From Octopus vulgaris (Eukaryota): a stretch of 64,000 nucleotides of DNA. Where the stretch lies: assembly GCA_951406725.2 (NCBI GenBank), contig OX597819.1, positions 19,902,001-19,966,000 of the forward strand, read 5' to 3'. Of the stretch, positions 55,826-64,000 are shown in pieces (the stretch's first letter is position 1; every line of letters starts with the position of its first letter). A program made the translations under genes and the position numbers. Under the pieces are notes generated by a model that searched no databases, had not been told where the DNA came from, and saw only the letters and a list, made by a program, of their open reading frames with translations.

Positions 55826-55893
55826 CATATATACATATATACCTACATATACATATGCATATACATATAACTATCCATCTATCCATCTATCTA

Positions 55894-55932
<39 letters not shown>

Positions 55933-56223
55933 CTTCAGCATGGCCACAGCTTTGAGCTGAAACTGATGAAATATATATATACGTAGAGAGATAGATAAAG
56001 AGAATGTGTGTGTGAGGGAGAGAGATAAAGAGAGCGATTTTCATGTGTCTTTCCGCTGAATTAAATGTTATCCCGCTAAGCATACGGATGGAAGAAAAAA
56101 GATTCATTAGTATATTGTATTAATCTCGAGATATGAGTTCTGAACTATCTACGAAGTCACATATGTAAATACACATATACATTCAGACACAAACAATAAT
56201 ATATATATATATGTGTGTGTATG

Positions 56224-56277
<54 letters not shown>

Positions 56278-56589
56278 TATATATATGATTATATATATAT
56301 AATCATATATATATATGTATATATGAAAATAAGTAGTGTATTGGCGAACATTTTGTATTGTTCAGACGTTTTCAAAAGATATTAACAAACTCGGTGATAC
56401 AACAACAGCCAGGAACCGTGACCCGTTCACAGATTTAGGTCGCTATCACATTAATTCTGCACCAGGACGTCTAACTTATTAACGCCTGAATGTGTGAAAT
56501 TCTAGACAATAAACACACCACTAAATGTAGCAAATCTTCCACCGAATAACGCTGGTTTACCTATTTTATTATTACAATTATTATTATCA

Positions 56590-56662
<73 letters not shown>

Positions 56663-57884
56663 CATTATTATCATTATTGTTATTATTACTATTACTATTA
56701 TTATTGATAAATTTCTGTGAGTTCTTTTGGACGCCTCTACCAAAATAAATTTAATCTGAATGCAGAACGAACTGGTTGAAGTTTGGCATTATCTTTAGAG
56801 AGTTAGAAAAGCTGTCTTCCGTTTCATATTTTCATTTTCGAGTTCTGCTTTCAAATTTGTTTTGTATTTTTGCTTGTTTGTTTTTTTGTTTTTCTTACAT
56901 AAAACATATTTTCTTGCTTTTGATAAACTATTTTCAATGGCTTTGTAAATGCGAAAGATCCACCAGTATCATTTTCCTATTTTTCAAGAAGTTTCGTTAC
57001 TCCAAAAGAAGTTATCACCAGGGGAACCAGTTGATCCAACAAAGAATCTCGACATGCTATATATAGTAGTGAAATCTCCATAATAAGTCTGCCAACTGTT
57101 TTAAAAGGGAAGCTACCATTCAATAAAATAAACCTAGATAACTTTAGAAAGACTCCGTAGTTACGTTTTGTATACATTTGCTCTTATGGTTGACGTGCAG
57201 GGATACCGCGTTTCGTTATGCAACTTTACCATACTACAAAGTGCATTAAACGTAGTTACAGTAATTATGTAGAGATAACATTTGCTCATAATCTCTTTCG
57301 CTAAGATTTCATCTGTACTTAGTGAAAAAATATGCGATGATTTACTCCCAACACAACTGGCATCAATGTGGTCGGCGGACCTACTAAGGAAGAATTCCAA
57401 CCTCGTTTCGTGGGTTGCTACCTCAACAACTCCTTTATAGGATCCGGTGGCTAAAGACATCATCAAAAGAAACCACGTCCGGCTTCGGCCCCTAATCCTC
57501 TAATGTTTTCGACATGGCGTGGGCCCTCGTTTCGGAGGTGTCTTCAGCTGTGTTGTTGAGTGCATTTCTTCTTTCTCCTTCTTTCTTCTATTCCCTGGCC
57601 TCTTTGATGCAGCGTGTGTCAGTGGGCAACTGACCATCCTGTCAAAGTTTCCTTTAAATACTCGCTGGTAGGCTCCAGCAGCCAGCATCACCTAGTTGTC
57701 CAAATCTTTTCTCTCTTTCTTCGTAGATTATATTAGTCAAGGTCTCGAGCTTTTGCTCTTCGTTCCCTATGAATTTGGTGGTCATTCTTGCTACCTCCAC
57801 CCTCGATTATTCTGAGAATGAGGAACACATTTAAGATTGGTTTCAAATGTTGTCAGCATGCTAGTAATTTCAGGGGAAGTAAAT

Positions 57885-58030
57885 CCTTTACGTCGACCTG
57901 TGTTCAACTGGTATTTATTTTATCGACCAGGTAAAGATAAAATGCAAAATCGACATCGGTGGACTTTTAAATCTGAACATATTAACGGAGGAAATACCGA
58001 AATGTCTGACGTGCTAAAGATTCTGTCAGA
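57885..58030 (-). mobile_element. old diverged SINE-A fragment
   Basis: AACTGGTATTTATTTTATCGACC..AAAGATAAAATGCAAAATCGAC resembles the SINE-A body. Confidence 0.6.
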
Positions 58031-60829
58031 TCATCGCATTGGACACGTTTACAATTAATATATGAGCTTGACCTTGTGCCAAAATTTGAAATCAGTATTC
58101 ATATACGATTGTTACATGTCGTCTTTGGTCTCATTTGTCGTCGTCCTTACTGTTGTGTAAGTCTCGGCAGCACACATTTTTCATTTCAAATGCATTCCAT
58201 CCCCTAACCAACATTTTAAACGGTTATTGTACAATGAAGTCTACAATACGTAGAATATCTCAATATCTAGCAATATCTCTACTGTTTTTGCTTGTTCATG
58301 TCATAGAACCATCTCGGATCAAATGGTTAAAAGCTTTGCAATCAGGACCTACAAAATTTTGGCTCTAATAAATTAATTTCAGGATCACAGTATCGCTGTG
58401 ACACACAATCGCTGCGAAGGTGCTTCGACTAATAGCAAGGGAGTTACTCTCACGATCACTAGATCTGTATTTCGGTTCCTAGACCGGGCGGATGGTGATG
58501 TTTTGAGAAAAACGCTTAATCTTATTTGTTCTCTGGTCATTTCCACATCTGATATGTGACAGTTTATCTGTTCAGGCAGCGTCGATTTGATAGATCAAGT
58601 GAACAGGGCTCGGTTGCTATGTAGTTAGATAATTTAGGAGTTAGTTATGGGTTTACTTATAGAATTATTAATTTACTGATACATTTTGGTAAATATACTT
58701 TTTTGATGTATTTGTTGTAGTTTCATTAATAATGTTAGTGTTTAGTCATTCCTAGAATTAAGAGTGAATAAAAGTGGTGATATCTAAGGTTTGTTTGTTC
58801 TCAAACAACACTTATTTTAATGCGGTTGGCACTGCCGGATTGAATGGTACTTCCAAGGTGACGAAACCATAAAGATATCGATGGGACAGCTGCTGATGGC
58901 GCTGGGTTGGATTGTTGTTACTGTATGTGAGGAATAATTTTATAAAACATCCATTTGACATTTATACGTATAGCAAAAATATTTGAACATTTAAGCGAAT
59001 TGTCTGCATAGACTAACCAGTAAGATGCTGGAGAAACTTCATCTGTCGCTAAAAAACAGGAGAACCCAAACTTTAGTAACGTACAACTGTACTTTTATGA
59101 CTGTAAGTTGTGATTTTACCGAATTTTACTTACCGTTCTTAACATACTGAGACAGCCGTTTAGATGTCCCGTTCATGCTCATTGTTAAATTCGCCAACAT
59201 TTATTTCTGTGATACAAATTCGTTTTTCCCATATAGACAAAGATATATATCACATTGGTTATTAATTCTCTAGTTGTTTCCACATCAAAGGTAAACATTC
59301 AGATACTTTTCCTCAAACACTTCCAAATAGCGGTCGACTTTGATATATTTTATTTGTTCATATACGCACCTTTCAATATTTCTGCTGTTGCCGCAAGCCA
59401 TCTCTCTCACAGAGCATATAATCACGCAGATGTCCTTAAAGAGTGCATACTGTGAATGTTTCTGATATCATATATTTAATATTCAATATTAATCTGTACT
59501 CCTCCTTTATTCGCTTTGATATTTACGAATTTTAGCTGGTCAGACAAAAATGTACTTCCGTCCCGCTGCCTTGTTATTTCAGTAGATTAATATTTACACA
59601 CATTTTGGAAGGGAAATAAATGAGCTAAATAGGAACAATTATTTTCCGATGAAATGCATATTTCTAATTTCTTTTTACAAAATGATTATAATTATTTTCT
59701 CAAATACGAACAACAAATCAGGTTTTATTTTGGCCTTAATATGAGCTCATCAGCGAAGCGTAGATTTTATCGCAAATTCAAAAGATTTGGAATGAAAATT
59801 ACGAGTATATCCAAGGTATTTCAATTAAACTGCTCAAATATAATTGCTCAACTTTTCAAGAAATAGGTGCCAAATCTTCCTCAAATAACATACAACGATC
59901 TTGAAATATATATTGGAAGGAGGAATTAGATAATACGATATCGAAGATATAACTATTATAGGATTGGCTTTCTCATTTGGAATGCCAGTGATTGCTCGAT
60001 CGGGAGCTAAACCTCAATAACAAATATATACAGTTGCTATATATAAACAGAGTTGTGTAACTAAAATCCAGGGGTGAAGCTTAACGTGCGAAACAAATGT
60101 TACGTCGACGATAACATGTTTCACATACGTAATATGAAAAAGAAAAAGCATAGTTTTCCCCCAAAAGAGAAACATGGAATGATATTCTTTCACAGATTTT
60201 ATGTTCATTTGTTCACCGTTTGACGATTTTTAGTTATCTTTTTAATGGGCCTTACAATAACTATCTTAACACGAATTCAGCTAATGGCTTTTTATGTTAA
60301 TGGCGTCTGTGAATTATTTATTCGTAAATCCATCACGTTTCTATTTTCCATTCTTCAGTTGTGTTGTTCATGCAGAATCAACTGCTGGATTACATTAAGA
60401 AATCGTTACCTTGTGTTCATTATATATTTTATTTTAACACTCTGTAACTTGTTTGTTTGAATTGTTAGTTGCTTTGAAATACATCGTAGACAACCAGTTT
60501 TCAGAGTATCCTTTCTGTCATAGTATCCTTTCTTTCTTTTTTGTTTTAATCTAGACCTTTAATGTTGTTTCTGTATTTCTTCTTACGCAACATGACTATA
60601 CGTTTTAGGGTTATTTTTCTCTCAACAACTAATGATGTATTTTTTTCATGTGTTGTTAAAAGTGAGTTGTTTGAAGTAAAAAGATTTAATAGCATTACTT
60701 AAATAATCGTTGTGTTATAATTTCCTAGTGCTCTGGTACTTGTGAAAATAAAGAAATCCCTTTTGATAATATTTTTGTAATAGTCTTAATTTCACCACGT
60801 GTCAATCGACGCGTGTAAAACTTATATTC

Positions 60830-61178
60830 TTTTCAACTCTAGTCACAAGGCCCGAAATTAGATCGACTCCAGTACGCAACTGGTACTTAATTTATCGACC
60901 CCGACAGGATGAAAGACAAAGTGGACCTCGGCGTAGAGACTGACGAAATACCACTAAGCATTTCGGCTGGTGTGCTAACGTTTCTTATTTATTTACTGTC
61001 TATAAGTGGCTAAACATAGTGGAGACAAACAAGGACATACAAAGGGTTTAAGTCATTAATTTATAGACCCTGAAACCATGAAATGCAAAGTCGACCTCGG
61101 CAGAATTTGAAGGACAAGCGAAATACTGCTAAGCATTTCGCCTGGCGTGCTAAAGATTTTGCCAGCTCGCAGCCTTCC
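60830..61178 (-). mobile_element. two diverged SINE-A copies
   Basis: AACTGGTACTTAATTTATCGACCCC..GGATGAAAG.. and a head CATTTCGCCTGGCGTGCTAA..GCCAGCTCG. Confidence 0.85.
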
Positions 61179-61870
61179 TTGTAAAACTTATATTAAGAGT
61201 CAGAGCATTCCGTTAACAGTTACGGCCAGGCCAGCTCGGACTATAGATAAAAAGAACCTCATTGCTAACACCCACACACATCACCAGTCACTATTCTGAT
61301 GTGTAGTGGGAAAGGTTCAGGCACGAATAGATTTGAGTCTGGCAACATGTTCTTGAAAGCATCCATCAGAGAGGACAACAACAAAATGGCTACAAGCAAC
61401 AGTTGCACCATCATCACCAACACCATCACCATGAGGAAGAGTGGGAAAATAAGTGGCAGGAACAAAGACAGATTTACAGCAATGAGAGCAACAAAAATTA
61501 AGATTAAAAACAAAATCCGATGGAGCAATAGAGACAACAGCAACAGCAACAATTCAATATTTGAATGTTCAATTTTTTTTAGGGACAAACTTGAATTAAT
61601 GGAATACATACAAAGGCACACAGACATAAGAGCAGATAAGTCGATGACACATAAAAATGTGTCAAAAATCAATAAAGATATCAATACAATAGCATGGATA
61701 TCGATAGAAATGACACAGACGGTGTGGACCTACTCAGAACTCTTGATAACATTCGCATCCGAGGTAAATATTGTCTGAATATTGCAAGCTGAACATGGAG
61801 AAAGGCTACATCTAGTGATCTCGGTCCTACAGCCGAAGGTTACTGACAAAAAGCAAAATGTATGCATATA

Positions 61871-62262
61871 TCTTTATATATAAAAGAAAGGTTGTGTGTC
61901 TGTCTACTCCGATTTAGATTCCTAACTACTCCCACATTTTGCGGTGCAGTTTAACCAAAACCGGGTATCTTATAGTCGTGATTCATATCAACCCATTCTG
62001 GGTATTAGCGCGTGTCTACAATGAGTCTCTGATTTTAAAAATAATTTACCATCATTTTTTTCATTTTAATGCATATGTTTTTAAATATAAGGGAAGTAAC
62101 TCTCTAAAAATGTGTACGATGTGTCAACGATTTAAAAAAAATTTACCATAATTGTTTTTACATTTTTAATGCATTTTTTGCTATTTTGGGGCTATAACTC
62201 TCTAAAAATGCTTTATAGTTATTTCCCTTAAAAACCCGAGCAACGCCGGGCGTTAATGCTAG
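61871..62262 (+). mobile_element. non-autonomous Helitron
   Basis: 5' TCTTTATATATAAAAG, 3' hairpin CCCGAGCAACGCCGGG (62235-62250) followed by CTAG. It is inserted between A61870 and T62263 without a TSD. Confidence 0.88.
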
Positions 62263-62263
62263 T

Positions 62264-62353
<90 letters not shown>

Positions 62354-62370
62354 TACATATATATATATAT

Positions 62371-62713
62371 GTTGCTCACAACATCATAAGCGGAAAGTGT
62401 AACCTCTCAAAAGAGCTGTTCTTCACTCCTACTCCAGAGCGTCGGCTGCGGGATCACTCCAAAAAGCTCTATCTGCGACGATTTCATCTCAATCGAAGGA
62501 GAGGGTCTTGCTCCGTCCGGGTGGCGGATCCGTGGAATAAGCTGCCGGACGAGATAGTGAAGATGCTGACGACCGCTCGATTCAAAGTCTCCCTTGACCA
62601 CAAGTGGCCTAAACTCTTTACATGAACACCACCCTGTACATAACTCCATGTCTCCCTACATGGCCTTGCTTTTTGCTTTCTGAGCCAAAACATTTACTAA
62701 CTAACTAACTAAC
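62371..62713 (+). mobile_element. 5'-truncated CR1 LINE 3' end
   Basis: LRDHSKKLYLRRFHLNRRRGSCSVRVADPWNKLPDEIVKM..ARFKVSLD...* (stop 62623-62625), followed by a (CTAA)n tail. Confidence 0.9.
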
Positions 62714-62790
62714 ATATATATATATCAGTGTCAATCGATACTGGAAAAAGTATATGTATTTGTGAAGGGAACCAACTTCTCGTCGACAAC

Positions 62791-62851
62791 TATGATTGTC
62801 ACACGCCGATAACGGGTCAATACCCTGAAACTCGAGTCCGTGTGTATCATA
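62791..62851 (+). ncRNA. hammerhead variant, unit 1 (core CCGATAA)
   Basis: Stem I TATGAT..CACACG/CGTGTG.ATCATA; stem II GGGT/ACCC; GAAAC-TCGA-GTC. Confidence 0.6.
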
Positions 62852-63142
62852 AGTTGAAGACGGGAAGGATGGCTTCCCTTTGCAAATACTGATAGTGCAC
62901 AGAAAGTGTGTCTGTAGCCAGCTGGAGGAGGTGTTCTCCTGGGGCTAAAAACTACAGTAGCATTCACCCTTAGTGGTTAGCCATATTCAAATGACAATTA
63001 CACGCCACGATGTGTTGCTGCTACTGTTTATAACTCGCTCTGAGATTTATCATTGTTTGATTTTACTTTTTCAATATCAGTGTCAATCGATACTTGAAAA
63101 AGTATATGTATTTGTGAAGGGAACCAACTTCTGGTCGACAAC

Positions 63143-63203
63143 TATGATTGTCACAAGCCGACGATGGGTCAATACCCTGAAACTCGAGTCCGTGTGTATC
63201 ATA
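63143..63203 (+). ncRNA. hammerhead variant, unit 2 (core CCGACGA)
   Basis: Same fold as unit 1 with one stem I mismatch and palindromic ACTCGAGT in stem III. Confidence 0.6.
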
Positions 63204-63407
63204 AGTTGAAGACGAGAAGGATGGCTTCCCTTTGCAAATACCGATAGGGCACAGCAAGTGTGTCTATAGCCAGCTGGAGGAGGTGTCCTTCTGGGGCTAC
63301 AAACTACAGTAGCATTCACCCTTAGGGTTTAGCCATATTCAAATGGCAAATATACGTCACGATGTGTTGCTGCTACTGTTTATAACTCGCTCTGAGATTT
63401 ATCATTG

Positions 63408-63455
<48 letters not shown>

Positions 63456-63494
63456 CTCTCTACTCGTAGATAGACGTACTAAAATGTGTATATA

Positions 63495-63593
63495 TCGTTC
63501 CTTTGTGTGGAAGCGCGTAGGCTCGAAACGTTGAAGACTAAAACTAATATATCTGGGTTTTTTTGTTTACACCGTTTTGGCTTTTTTTGTGAA

Positions 63594-63600
<7 letters not shown>
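63495..63600 (+). mobile_element. short pLTR-like repeat, same family as 22186-22378
   Basis: CCTTTGTGTGGAAGCGCGTAGGCTCGAAACGTT...TTTTTGTGAATTCTC. Confidence 0.6.
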
Positions 63601-63655
<55 letters not shown>

Positions 63656-64000
63656 GAACAAAAGAGAGTTAGAGCGAACGAATGCAGAGAGTGATAGACA
63701 GACATTTATATAAACCAATAGATATATTTATTTATATGCCATATTTATCAAACAATTCCACGAAGAGTCCTTTAAAATTCTCTCTCCAACAATATATCTA
63801 TAAATATCAGTCTTCACACAATCTTTCTCTTATCTTTGTCTGCAAACAAAGATATATATATATATATGTATGTATATATATATATACACGCTCATTTGCA
63901 CATCGCCATATATATTGATATAAATTGGATATTTTATTTACGTCCCTATCGCCGAGTAGACATCATATTTGTTCTTTATAAATTAGGTCTGTTCACTGAA

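Larger units (their letters stand above)
62722..63409 (+). mobile_element. retrozyme/pLTR-like tandem repeat, about 1.95 copies of a 352-bp unit
   Basis: Units start at 62722 and 63074 and are highly similar. They are embedded in (TA)n, with one hammerhead variant per unit. Confidence 0.85.

Noticed and set aside
61265-61778. Overlapping 139-aa and 159-aa ORFs
   Set aside because: The sequence is A-rich and low-complexity, with no recognisable domain or splice support.
62854-62880. Second ribozyme in the 352-bp unit (TTGAAGA plus GGGAAG/CTTCCC hairpin)
   Set aside because: No GAAA or stem III follows the hairpin.

Overview
This is AT-rich eukaryotic DNA, dense in microsatellites and transposon debris. 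The SINE and LINE families resemble those I recall from octopus, so a coleoid cephalopod host is inferred but not verified. No intact host gene is confidently visible. Most ORFs in the track come from (TA)n, (CA)n, (ACT)n or (GAT)n tracts or from decayed transposons. Recognisable elements are three tRNA-derived SINE families, CR1 and RTE LINE fragments, a frameshifted zinc-knuckle ORF1-only element, several Penelope-like element (PLE) remnants, mariner and DD37D maT relics, a Tc1-like MITE, a non-autonomous Helitron and a 23-bp minisatellite. The most striking pattern is about ten intact or degenerate minimal type-I hammerhead ribozyme motifs. They share palindromic stem III segments and often an atypical pyrimidine-pyrimidine pair at the base of stem II, and they sit in tandem (retrozyme-like) or inverted pLTR-like repeats. 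A phase-compatible two-exon Thr/Ser-rich gene model (27565-30766) is a weaker lead. All RNA structures were paired by eye and no searches were run.
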